64,000 nt of DNA from an uncultured Verrucomicrobiae bacterium (GTDB lineage: Bacteria; Verrucomicrobiota; Verrucomicrobiia; Chthoniobacterales; UBA10450). Position numbers and translations under genes: made by a program. Each line of letters starts with the position of its first letter. Position 1 is the stretch's first letter. The stretch is from the NCBI GenBank assembly GCA_963815455.1, contig CAWFGO010000001.1, positions 1,184,001 through 1,248,000 on the forward strand. Direction: 5' to 3'. Positions 9,850 to 19,154 of the stretch are shown here, in pieces. A model generated the notes under the pieces. It searched no databases and had not been told where the DNA came from. It was given only the letters and a program-made list of their open reading frames with translations.

Positions 9850-10260
9850 ATGGAAACGACTAGCTCACTCCCGACGCCGCCACCGCTCCCAGCCAGTGGC
9901 CCTCCGACCACCTCCATCACCTCTTCGAGCGTCCGCACCTGGTGCATTCTGTGTCACGCCAGCGCGTTGCTCGGCGTTTTTTTTCATTTCCCCGGGCACC
10001 TGCTCGGACCGTTCATTGTCTGGCTGGCCAAACGTGACGACTCGCCCGAGATCGATGCCCACGGCAAGGAATCGCTCAATTTCCAGATCTCGATGCTTAT
10101 CTACAACGTTGTCGCCGCAGTCTTTTGCCTGGTCCTGATCGGCTTCTTTTTCCTCGCCGTCCTTTGGGTGCTGAACGCGATATTCGTCATCGTCGCCTCC
10201 ATCCAGGCCAGCGATGGAAAATTTTACCGCTACCCGATCACCATTCGCTTTATTCAGTGA
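9850..10260 (+). CDS. DUF4870 domain membrane protein
   Basis: W..LCH.S.L, GPFIVWL, HGKESLNFQIS, YRYP.TIRFI; TATAAT 5 nt upstream of ATG. Confidence 0.92.
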   Translation: METTSSLPTPPPLPASGPPTTSITSSSVRTWCILCHASALLGVFFHFPGHLLGPFIVWLAKRDDSPEIDAHGKESLNFQISMLIYNVVAAVFCLVLIGFFFLAVLWVLNAIFVIVASIQASDGKFYRYPITIRFIQ

Positions 10261-10283
10261 GCTGCGGGGAAAGTAAGGCGGCG

Positions 10284-10586
10284 CATTCTGTCGTTTCCAT
10301 TTCAGCTTGTCAGCTTTTCCGCGTTTCAGAATTTCAACGTGTGACCATCCGGTTCATCCAATAAAGGGATTCTTAACCGCGGATTACGCGGATATCACAG
10401 ATAAAGAAAGGTTCGTGATTCCCATCATCTGCATCCGCGTAATCCGCGGTTGAAATCTTGTCCTTGTCGCAGCCTTGCGCCCATGCCGGCATTCATTCTG
10501 TCGTGTCCCATTTCAGTGTTTCAGCTGTCATCGTGTCAGCTTTTTGGAATTCTCGTTACCCAATGACGATCCGGTTCATCACCTGA
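10284..10586 (+). repeat. Two diverged copies of the DUF4870 3' end with TTTCAGC-like repeats, separated by an inverted repeat
   Basis: VTIRFIQ* at 10341-10364 and RYPMTIRFIT* at 10554-10586; IR AACCGCGGATTACGCGGAT 10375-10393 / 10433-10451. Confidence 0.8.
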
Positions 10587-10802
10587 TCGAACACGGTTTG
10601 GATAACAATTTTCGTCGCTCGATTTCCCTGAATCGTTGCCCGGCTTCCTAGTCACATCAAAGGCTCAGTTCCAATAGAACGCCGTGCCGTCGGCTGCTAC
10701 GCCGGAGATAGGAGCTGGAAGTTCGCAGCCGGCCACCCGTCCGGCCCTATCTTCTAACTCCAATCTCCCTTCCGGGGTTAAATCCTGCCTCTCTGTGTGC
10801 GT

Positions 10803-13800
10803 TCAAGGACTCGCTGGCGGTAATGCTGTGCCCGATCGTGATTTCACGAGCGAGATATCCGTGGCGTTGATTTCGCCGTTGATGGTCACATCGTTCGGGC
10901 AATTCGACTGGCTGAGAATGACACCGGACTGCGATTTCGTCTGACCAATATCTGAGGCGTTAACCAACCCATTCATGGTCGTGTCGCCGACCAGGAATCC
11001 CATCGTTATGTTCGCTGAGGGTAGCACCCCGCCGTTTACCCCGGTGAGATTTGTTCCGGTTACGGTCAGTGTCTGCTGGTCTGCTACTCCAGCGAGGTTC
11101 ACAAGCATGTCGTTGCCGCTGAAGCTCACCGAGCTCACACTTCCCACACCTGACGTAACCATCGCGTTTCCGCTCTGCATCGGCATGTCGAAGTGCAGCA
11201 CCATCGTGTAGTTGCCGCTCCCATTGCGCGGCTCCACTCCGGAGCCGTCCAATGGCATTGGTATGTCAAACGGTCCCGCAGCACCGTGGGTTAAACGCGA
11301 GGCTGCTCCCGTGAACGCCGGCGCTGCCGGTAGCGTCGCGCAGTCGCCAGGTCCCGCGGTGTTATTAATGAAGCCGGAGACCGTGCCACTGAATGGCGAG
11401 GACACTGGCCCTGAGGGCGGCTCCCCGCCCGTCGTATTCACGACCACCACAAAGGTATGTCCCGCGGGAACCGTGAACGAGTAACTGGCATGGTCGACGG
11501 TTGTCCCCAGACCGCTAATACCAGTGTCTCCAAGGTAGTTCGTGTCGAGCATGGTTGGATCGTACACTTGATCGTAGGCGACACTTTCGATGTCACCCGG
11601 ACCGCCGAGTGCGGCGTTGATCGTTACGGTGTAGCAACGAGCCGCGCCGCTCGTGTTAGTGAAGTTGAATGTTTTGTAGTAGTGCGTTCCCGCAAAACCG
11701 CCTCCAGGGCTGGCTTTACCGCCGCAGGGGCTTGGCCGTCCGTCCCGGCCAATACGATCGGCCTGCGTCGCATCACTCGTCATGAGCTGGCTGGGCGGAA
11801 TTTGTTGATCTGGACCGCCGGCACAGGTCGGGATGATGTACTGGATCGTCTTCATCCCGCCCGCGTAAGTCAGGTTGAGTGAAAGCATGATTTCCGTGCC
11901 GCAGACAAACGAGTCCGAGACGGAGATTTTGAACGGCGTCGCGTTCGTGCCGCTCTGGTCAATCGCCATGTCCGGATACGTCGAGCTACCCTGGTCGATC
12001 GTAACTCCAGCAGTCGATGTTGTGAGTGTCGCCTGGATCGCGGTCTCGGGCGCGCAACCGTTGTTCTGGACGCCGAGGTTTAGCTTCACGCATTCGCCCC
12101 GATTGACGATGCCGTTGTTGTTACCTAACGCATCGTCAATCGTAAATCCATTCGCCTCGAGCTTCGATGCGCCGGTCACGGTGAAGTTTTGGGTAACCAT
12201 CCCGCCGCCCGGCGGTGAAACCATGGCGGAGGCCGGCGATGCCGCCGTGCAGTTGCGATTCGCGTCCGCGGCAACGGCCGTATAGGTGCCGGCCGGAACC
12301 AGGATTGTGTACAGGCCGTTTACATCAGCCGCGCCCGCATAGCCATTGCTCAAAGTCACTGTCACCCCGGGAACCGGAGCACTTGTCGCGCTTGAAGTAA
12401 TTGTGCCTTTGACTATCCCCCACAGACCCGCGGCCGAAGCGCAGGATGGGAACTTGAAGCTGGCAATACGGGTCGACCAGTTGAAGCCGCCGTTGGCCTG
12501 CAAGTACTCGTTCGTATAATAGAAAGTGCATTGATCAATCGGATCGAGTGTCATGGCGGTGTAGTCGCCCCATCGGTTGCCAGCGCCTAACTGCGAGCCC
12601 AGGCCGGCTTTCATTTCTGTCTCCGCTCCCATCGTGCCAACCGGATCGTCAGCCAGACGCCCGGTCAGGTAGATGCCCGGTTTTATCGTCGGACTCGATT
12701 TGCTGTAGCCCAGCGCGATGTTGCCGTCTTTGTCCATCGCGGCCGATGGCATCCAACGGTAGCTGGTGTCCGGATCGAAAATGCCGGATTGAAAAAGTGT
12801 CGGTTGAGTCGTCGAGCTTCCCGCATTCCGGAATTCGAACCATTCGACCGCTCCGTGATTCACGTCGCTGCTGTCGCTCGGACCACTGACGACAAGCGAT
12901 TCCTGCGGCAATGCCTGTGTTCCGTTGTTGCGGTAAGCCAGGCGATACATGTAGTGGCCGCCCAAGTTGTCGAGATAGTCCGTCGGCACGGCTGGTGCAG
13001 GCTCGGGCACGCAGTCGCGACCATCATCGGTCGCGCCGCTGAGGCATGGTGCATTGCCGATGCCGCCCATGATGGGAGGGCCGGATGTCACGACCATCGT
13101 GGGAGCCGGGTCCCAGGTCACCGCCACTCGATGCGATGTGGTCAGCTCCGTAAGCGCGAAGTTAGGGCCGAGAAGAAACTCTGCCTCGCCCGCCGCCGGA
13201 GGAGTTAGACTATCGAGGTCGGCGGGCAGAAATCCGAATTCCGCTCCCAAGTCCGAGCTCTGCATCCGGGCCGGAAGACCATGGATCATTTTTTCCCGCT
13301 CGAAAACGTAGATGCGGCCGGTAGTGAACACGAGCCCCGCGCCAAAAACATGCGCGCTCATGTAGTAGCCATCCGGCCACACGCCGGTGTGCGGATAATC
13401 GACGAAGTTAACCGGATCCGTCTGGAAGTCGTAAAGGTAATACTCTCCGGTTGCGTCCGATGTTGCTGAGATGGCGAGGCACTGGTGCGAATAGTCGGTC
13501 TGGCCCGCGGCGACAACGAACTGCGAGAGAATCCAGCGGCCTGCGAGAATGTCGTAAGACACGACCGGGTCGCCGTCGTTATGCGATGCGCAGACGCCGC
13601 CCAGCGCCTGGAACAGCGTATTACCGGCCGCGGGTCCGTACTCAAGGGCCCCGGTGGTTTTGTTGAAGACCGCAAAGCTGGTGTTGTTCCATTGCACGAA
13701 TTGCGTCGAACCGACGCGGCCGTTTACATCCGGGGGATTACCAGAAGGGCTGAACCCACCCAGTCCCACACCGACGCCGTCGAAGTTGAGCCCGGTGGGA

Positions 13801-14246
13801 GTAGGCGCCGAGATCTGCTCTCCCGCCTTCGTTTGAGCATGTCCCCTTGGACCGCCACGCTTGGTCGGCGGTTTGGGCCGCCTCGGTTCCGGGACAGGAT
13901 TTTTCGTAACCGTTGCCGGATTGATCGGCGCGAGGTCGCGCAATTTCGCGCTGCGAACTGCTGCGACCGGGGCCAGAATCTGTGGCGGACCGCTGTATTT
14001 AACCGCGGCCGGCAGCAATGCCTGTGATCGGTCAGCCGGATTCTTGTCCAATTTAATTGCTCCCCTTGCCGCGCCGTAGCCTTGTGCGGAGGCGGGACCG
14101 CCGGCGAAGCGATGGGTCAGTGATTGTATGCCGAGGGGCGCAACCCCAAAGGCGAACAGAGCGAACATGCCTGCGACAAGGCAGAGAACAGACGCGGTAA
14201 GGATCCGCAAGTTGAAGAAAGCGCGGCGAAGATTTCTTGTTTTCAT
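10803..14246 (-). CDS. Large secreted protein (beta-rich N-terminal domain, carboxypeptidase-regulatory-like Ig domain, C-terminal dockerin-like domain)
   Basis: Signal/TM N-terminus, PPDVNG, RWGDY motifs, GDTTMNGLVNASD / DVTINGEINATD dockerin-like repeats. Confidence 0.82.
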   Translation of the reverse strand: MKTRNLRRAFFNLRILTASVLCLVAGMFALFAFGVAPLGIQSLTHRFAGGPASAQGYGAARGAIKLDKNPADRSQALLPAAVKYSGPPQILAPVAAVRSAKLRDLAPINPATVTKNPVPEPRRPKPPTKRGGPRGHAQTKAGEQISAPTPTGLNFDGVGVGLGGFSPSGNPPDVNGRVGSTQFVQWNNTSFAVFNKTTGALEYGPAAGNTLFQALGGVCASHNDGDPVVSYDILAGRWILSQFVVAAGQTDYSHQCLAISATSDATGEYYLYDFQTDPVNFVDYPHTGVWPDGYYMSAHVFGAGLVFTTGRIYVFEREKMIHGLPARMQSSDLGAEFGFLPADLDSLTPPAAGEAEFLLGPNFALTELTTSHRVAVTWDPAPTMVVTSGPPIMGGIGNAPCLSGATDDGRDCVPEPAPAVPTDYLDNLGGHYMYRLAYRNNGTQALPQESLVVSGPSDSSDVNHGAVEWFEFRNAGSSTTQPTLFQSGIFDPDTSYRWMPSAAMDKDGNIALGYSKSSPTIKPGIYLTGRLADDPVGTMGAETEMKAGLGSQLGAGNRWGDYTAMTLDPIDQCTFYYTNEYLQANGGFNWSTRIASFKFPSCASAAGLWGIVKGTITSSATSAPVPGVTVTLSNGYAGAADVNGLYTILVPAGTYTAVAADANRNCTAASPASAMVSPPGGGMVTQNFTVTGASKLEANGFTIDDALGNNNGIVNRGECVKLNLGVQNNGCAPETAIQATLTTSTAGVTIDQGSSTYPDMAIDQSGTNATPFKISVSDSFVCGTEIMLSLNLTYAGGMKTIQYIIPTCAGGPDQQIPPSQLMTSDATQADRIGRDGRPSPCGGKASPGGGFAGTHYYKTFNFTNTSGAARCYTVTINAALGGPGDIESVAYDQVYDPTMLDTNYLGDTGISGLGTTVDHASYSFTVPAGHTFVVVVNTTGGEPPSGPVSSPFSGTVSGFINNTAGPGDCATLPAAPAFTGAASRLTHGAAGPFDIPMPLDGSGVEPRNGSGNYTMVLHFDMPMQSGNAMVTSGVGSVSSVSFSGNDMLVNLAGVADQQTLTVTGTNLTGVNGGVLPSANITMGFLVGDTTMNGLVNASDIGQTKSQSGVILSQSNCPNDVTINGEINATDISLVKSRSGTALPPASP

Positions 14247-14439
14247 GGCGGATTATGTGATTCGTCGAAGGTGATCGTGTTCAAGCCATCGACCGGGCGT
14301 ATCTCGGGCGCATATTTTTTTGGGGCTAGCCGCTGAACCCAGCTTTTGTCTAAATTTCCACGTCCGGGGAGCACAGGCTGCCAGCCTGTTGGTTTCGGCT
14401 GCTAGCCGAAACGATCTTCATAATCTTGATCAACTTCCT

Positions 14440-14464
14440 TGCATCATAAGCGGCTTATGATGCA
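14440..14464. promoter_or_regulatory. Perfect palindrome, putative operator (second copy 14727-14741)
   Basis: TGCATCATAAGC-G-GCTTATGATGCA; core CATAAGC-N-GCTTATG repeated downstream of the small gene. Confidence 0.55.
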
Positions 14465-14523
14465 TCCTTGGCCCGAGGAATAAATTGTAGGGCAGGCGCT
14501 CCGCCCGCCGTCCCTGAGCGAAA

Positions 14524-14712
14524 ATGACAGAGGCACAAAAGAAGATTCACGAGTATCTCGTCGAGATCGGCCGCCGCGGAGGCGAGAACAGCCGGCGCGA
14601 GCTGACCAAATCCCACGCGCGCCAGATGGTCGCGATCCGCGAAATGAAGCGCGCCGCCTTGCGCGAGGGTAAACCCTGGCCACCCCGCGGTCGCAAACTC
14701 CAACTTTCCTAG
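14524..14712 (+). CDS. Small basic protein, possible DNA-binding/antitoxin-like
   Basis: 62 aa, YL.EIGRRGG.SRR motif, Arg/Lys-rich. Confidence 0.65.
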   Translation: MTEAQKKIHEYLVEIGRRGGENSRRELTKSHARQMVAIREMKRAALREGKPWPPRGRKLQLS

Positions 14713-15058
14713 TCAAAATCATCTATCATAAGCCGCTTATGTTGGATGGTTGCAGCCCGTGGTGATTTTCAGATTCGGGCCTTATCGCTCTTCGCCCTTT
14801 CACGCGCTCGCGCGGGCAGGTTTGTGTTCGCCACAGGACGAACTCGCCAGCCTGCCACGTCATCTCGTCACGCCGAAGCCCGTGCCAAGGCGGAAGCTTT
14901 AGCGACGGCGGGTGGCGAGTAGTGGGCCGCTGTCGCTCCAGACGCTTTTAAAGATAAGAGGTCGTTTCTTGACGGAATCGAATTAGGAACGCAGGAAAGC
15001 AGGAAATCGCTTAGCAGGATGTCCTGGGGTGGTACCCGAGGTGCTAGACAGATGAGGG

Positions 15059-15746
15059 ATGGCCAATTTTCTCGACACGACTGAAATCAGTTTCCGGATT
15101 GAGCGCCTCCTCAAGACTGCGGAAAAGCGCATCATCCTGATCAGCCCTTATCTCAAGCTCCGGCCCAGAGTGCGAGAGTTGATCGAGGATGCTGTGCGAC
15201 TGGGCGTTCGGGTACATGTGGTCTACGGAAAGAAGGAAATGTGCGATGGCGCCGATCAGCTCCGCGGAGTTGCGGGCGTGAAAGTCACATTTTGCAAAAA
15301 CGTCCACGCGAAATGCTACCTGAACGAAAAGGTCGGGATCATCACCAGCCTAAACCTGTACGACTTCAGCGAAGCGAAGAATCAGGAAATGGGCGTCTTC
15401 TTTGATCGCGAAGGCGACCCGGAGTTGTATCAAGAGGCCGCCAAGGAAGCCGACCGCATCATCCGAATGAGCGGAGGCAGCACCGGCTATCAGGAATCCG
15501 CTCTTGCCGCGGTCTCCCCGAAAGTCGAAGCGGCGAAGGAGTTACGGCAAGCTAACAACCGCCAAACTTGCGGCGAAGCTGGGAGTGCAAACGACGCAAT
15601 TATTCAACAAGCTGATCGGGCGCGGATATCTGGAACTGCGCGACGGAGGCAAGCACTACATCACCCCTGAGGGACGGGAAGTCGGCGGCGAATTTCGGAT
15701 GGGCAAAGGGCCGTATTTTCTTTGGCCCCCAGACCTCCAGGTCTGA
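15059..15746 (+). CDS. Phospholipase D-like (single HKD-type motif) protein with C-terminal winged-helix-like domain; frameshift near 15540
   Basis: LISPYLK, VHAKCYLNE, ITSLNL; continues in another frame as KLTTAKLAAKLG...GYL...HYITPEG. Confidence 0.8.
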
Positions 15747-15883
15747 CGTTGCCCTGGCAAAGGGGACTCCGTTTCTAGTTCACTCCGCGCTGGTGGAAGT
15801 TGACGACATCATAGGCTACCCCATCGGCAGAATCGACTTTCGGAGATTGTCGACCTTACGGGGTTCGTCTTTAATCGCGCTTA

Positions 15884-15960
15884 ATGGCGCAACGCGGTAC
15901 AATCGCGATCACTGATTTCGACTGGTACACTTTCTTGAGCCAGCGCCGCTCCTGGGCCGA
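15884..15960 (+). pseudogene. N-terminal stub of an HNH restriction-type endonuclease
   Basis: MAQRGTIAITDFDWYTFLSQR resembles the (V/I)TDxDWxxFL start of COG3440-like proteins, then truncated. Confidence 0.5.
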
Positions 15961-15994
15961 GAATGGGTGCGCCAGCCGCGAGATTGGGCCGAAT

Positions 15995-16291
15995 CTAATC
16001 TTCGCCACACGGTCTACGATCTGAGCGTTGGTGAAGGGGCGCGAGTATGGTCTTGATGCCTTGTTCGGCGGCGACCTGAAGCGCGCCCTCAAGCGCAAGT
16101 TGAATTTCGCGCGCGGCTTCTTCCCTCGTATCGCCATGTGCCATGATGCCGGGCCATTCGACGACTTGGACGATAAAGCATTCATCGCTTTTTCCGCGGA
16201 ATACCAAATGCGGATTTCGTAGTCGCGAGGGTCGGGTTGCGTCATTTCGTCCGGCGATGAGCTTGTCGAACAGCTTTTCTGTTTTGCCCAT
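15995..16291 (-). pseudogene. hicB: hicAB remnant: about 16-codon hicA-like stub joined to hicB (ATG 16245, one frameshift)
   Basis: YEIRIWYS..DECFIVQVVEWPGIMAHGDTREEAAREIQLAL is HicB-like; MGKTEKLFDKLIAG resembles HicA N-termini. Confidence 0.75.
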
Positions 16292-16446
16292 GCGCAGCGA
16301 ATTCTAACGGGACGCATTTGCTGACGGCAAGAATTTGATAGGGAATCAAACAAGTCCACGACGGCGAGGGCGCAATCGCCAGCACGCGAGTCGCCCGCAC
16401 AAGGCGGGCAGGCAGTGCGCTCCCCAGTCCGGGTCGTAGCTGATTT

Positions 16447-16707
16447 TTATGAGCGCGATACGACTACCTTTGCCCGATAGCCTAATCGGCGAAGGAATTC
16501 TTCGCAGTCTTGCCAGCGCAATCCGAACTCTGCGACATCAGCAAGGCCGAGTCGGCCAACGATTTCACTGAGAAGATCGACATCGGCTTCGTCGAAGTCG
16601 GCATCCATCATGGCGCTCTCCGCCCAATCAACCAGCTTCGCCTGACTGACTTTGCCGTGCAGGTACTCGGCGATCTTATCGGCAACGATCTGGCGGGTCG
16701 TTTTCAT
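16447..16707 (-). CDS. Small acidic helical hypothetical protein (putative antitoxin/immunity)
   Basis: 86 aa, LVDWAESAMMD...LGLADV..FGL.W.DC..FL..LGY; second gene of a tight pair. Confidence 0.75.
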   Translation of the reverse strand: MKTTRQIVADKIAEYLHGKVSQAKLVDWAESAMMDADFDEADVDLLSEIVGRLGLADVAEFGLRWQDCEEFLRRLGYRAKVVVSRS

Positions 16708-16719
16708 GCGTCAGAGATT

Positions 16720-16956
16720 TTACAGCTGTTTATGGCCCAAATCGACGGGAAATTTCTCGTGCACGCTGACAAGCCGGCCGCTGGCGTCATAAATCTCCTG
16801 TGCAAACCGAATCGTATTTTCGCTCGCGTCCACTTCTTTGATGTAACGAGCGCGTCCACCGGCGCGCCCGACGAATTCACGAATGTACCGTCGCCCGCCA
16901 TTGGGTAATTCCTCCCAGTGTTTGAACTTTCGCTCGTTCTGTTCGCGGGAAGCCAT
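16720..16956 (-). CDS. Small hypothetical protein (putative toxin)
   Basis: 78 aa from MASREQNERKF; GGRRY, ARY.KEVD, F.QEIYD, HEKFPVD.GH. Confidence 0.75.
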   Translation of the reverse strand: MASREQNERKFKHWEELPNGGRRYIREFVGRAGGRARYIKEVDASENTIRFAQEIYDASGRLVSVHEKFPVDLGHKQL

Positions 16957-17082
16957 TGCGCGGAGCATACCAAACGTTCTCCAATCTGAGGGGAAAAGTT
17001 TGCGACGCGAGGGCGCAATCCCCAACACGCGAGACGCATGCGCTCCCCAGACCAAGATGCGACCGGTCGGTCGCGGGCGGAC

Positions 17083-17230
17083 TTGACAGCGCCGAGGTCG
17101 CCGGGCCAAATGGCGGCGGGATGAAATTTATCACACGCCGGTTCGCGGCCGCGCCGGAAGGAACCGCCGTTTATTTTTCATTCAAATTTTCGCGACGCTC
17201 GGGTTCGCTGTTCTTTACTCGACGCTGGTT
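17083..17230 (+). pseudogene. Diverged duplicate of the promoter region and first 36 codons of the POT transporter
   Basis: MKFITRRFAAAPEGTAV-FFIQIFATLGFAVLYSTLV versus MNFLKRRFSAAPEGTAVLFFIQIFATLGFAVLYSTLV. Confidence 0.85.
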
Positions 17231-17434
17231 CGGTTTTCACCAAAACCGAATCGCCGGCTTCCCTAGACCAACTCGCAACGCTCGCGGCCTCCCGCCGTAA
17301 AGTTCGCGCCCTGCGAACCGCTCTGCGCGACGAAGCATTTGCTGGTAGCCGGGAAACTAGTACGTGGCTTCGGGGTGTGGTTGATCCCGCGAAATCTTGA
17401 CTTCCGGGGAGTCGAAGAGCCAAATGTCACTTAG

Positions 17435-18940
17435 ATGAACTTTCTAAAGCGGCGATTTTCAGCTGCGCCAGAAGGGACGGCCGTCCTCTTCTTCATTCAA
17501 ATCTTCGCGACGCTCGGGTTCGCCGTTCTTTATTCGACCCTGGTCCTGTACGCAACGAAGCATCTCCAGCTTCCGGTCAAGCTGGCGACCGCGTTGATGG
17601 GCGTGTTTGGCGCGTTCAATTACGGGCTGCACCTGTTCGGCGGTTACCTGGGCGGGCGGTTTCTTTCGAACCGGAATCTATTTGTCGGCGGCATGGCGTC
17701 GCAGGTGGTGGGATGCGCGTGCATCGCGACCGGCTCGCTCGCGATGTTCTATGTCGGGCTCGCTTTTTTCCTTACCGGCAGCGGCCTGAATGTGACCTGT
17801 ATCAACATGATGCTGACCCAGCGTTTCACCTCGGAGGACCCGCGCCGCGAAGGCGCTTTCCTCTGGAATTACGCCGGGATGAATGTCGGGTTTTTTGTCG
17901 GGTTCGCCGTGGCCGGTTATTTCCAGGGGACGGAGAGTTATGCGAGCCTTTTCATTTTCGCGACGCTCGGCAACTTTGTCGCTATCGTCCTGGCCCTGTT
18001 CAACTGGAAGACGTTGATCGACCGCAATACGCCGCTGCTGGAGGTGACGTCGAACCAGTTCCGGCTGCGGTTGCTGGCCGGCCTAGGCATTCTCATCGGT
18101 GTCGTACCAATCGTGTGGTTCATGCTCCAGCGACCCGGTGGGACCGAGACGATCCTCAAGACGATCTGCGCCGGGGTCGCCCTGACGCTGATCTATCTCA
18201 CGCTGCGTCACCGGGATCGACGCGAGCGGCGGAACATGACGGCGTATCTAATTCTGACTGTCGGCTCGCTGATGTTCTGGTCGTTGTATCAGATGGCCCC
18301 GAGCGGCCTGATGCTGTTCGCGGTCCACAACGTGAACCTCTTCATTGGCAAGGTGCAGATTCAGCCGCAATGGATCCAGAACATCAACACTGTCTGCATC
18401 GTAATCGGCGGACCGATTCTGGCGGCGGCCTTTACCCGCCTGCGCGCGCTCGGGTGGAGGATCGACATCCCGAAGCAGTTTGCCACGTCGCTGATTTTGA
18501 TGGCGCTGGGCTTTCTTATTCTCCCGTTAGGCATCAAACTGGCCGGCATCGACGGCAAGAGCGCGTTCGTGTGGTTGTTCATGAGTTATGTGCTGCAGAG
18601 CGCCGGTGAGTTGCTCATCTCTCCGATCGGCTACGCGATGATCGGCAAGCTCGCGCCGCGGCAATACCAGGGAATAATGATGGGCAGCTGGATGCTCTGG
18701 ACAGGTCTCGCATCACTTTTCGCGGGCGATTTCTCGGGCATGATCCCCGAGCCGACCGGCACCACGGCGCTCGCGACCAACCCTGAATATGTGAAGCTCT
18801 TCGGCGCGCTCGGCGCGGGCAGCCTCGTGGTCGGTATCGCGCTCGTCCTGCTGATTCCGTTCCTGCGCAAGCTGATCACCGACAAGGCGGAGGTGCCTGC
18901 TGTCGAAATGGCGGAGACGACGGTGGTGCCGGGCGTCTGA
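17435..18940 (+). CDS. POT/PTR family oligopeptide:H+ symporter (MFS)
   Basis: Multi-TM MFS; RREGAFLWNYAGMNVG, GELLISPIG, APRQYQG.MMG.W. Confidence 0.9.
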   Translation: MNFLKRRFSAAPEGTAVLFFIQIFATLGFAVLYSTLVLYATKHLQLPVKLATALMGVFGAFNYGLHLFGGYLGGRFLSNRNLFVGGMASQVVGCACIATGSLAMFYVGLAFFLTGSGLNVTCINMMLTQRFTSEDPRREGAFLWNYAGMNVGFFVGFAVAGYFQGTESYASLFIFATLGNFVAIVLALFNWKTLIDRNTPLLEVTSNQFRLRLLAGLGILIGVVPIVWFMLQRPGGTETILKTICAGVALTLIYLTLRHRDRRERRNMTAYLILTVGSLMFWSLYQMAPSGLMLFAVHNVNLFIGKVQIQPQWIQNINTVCIVIGGPILAAAFTRLRALGWRIDIPKQFATSLILMALGFLILPLGIKLAGIDGKSAFVWLFMSYVLQSAGELLISPIGYAMIGKLAPRQYQGIMMGSWMLWTGLASLFAGDFSGMIPEPTGTTALATNPEYVKLFGALGAGSLVVGIALVLLIPFLRKLITDKAEVPAVEMAETTVVPGV

Positions 18941-19118
18941 TCAAGAGTCTTGGCTTCCCCACGCAATTCGTTGAAGTCCGAGCAGGAATGGCCCGACGCT
19001 GGGGCGCGGCGAGTGAAACGTTCAATCGTTTGCGGCGCCAAGTTACGCGCATTGGAAACGATTGGTTAAATGAAATTAGATGCTGCCGTTTGCGGATCAA
19101 GCGGGGTGGGGTTGGTCT

Positions 19119-19147
19119 TTGACATCATGATGTCTTATTGGTACGCT
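19119..19147 (+). promoter_or_regulatory. Sigma70 promoter of vapBC with overlapping operator palindrome
   Basis: TTGACA-17 bp-TACGCT; palindrome GACATCATGATGTC 19121-19134; ATG 7 nt after the -10 box. Confidence 0.75.
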
Positions 19148-19154
19148 TTGATGC

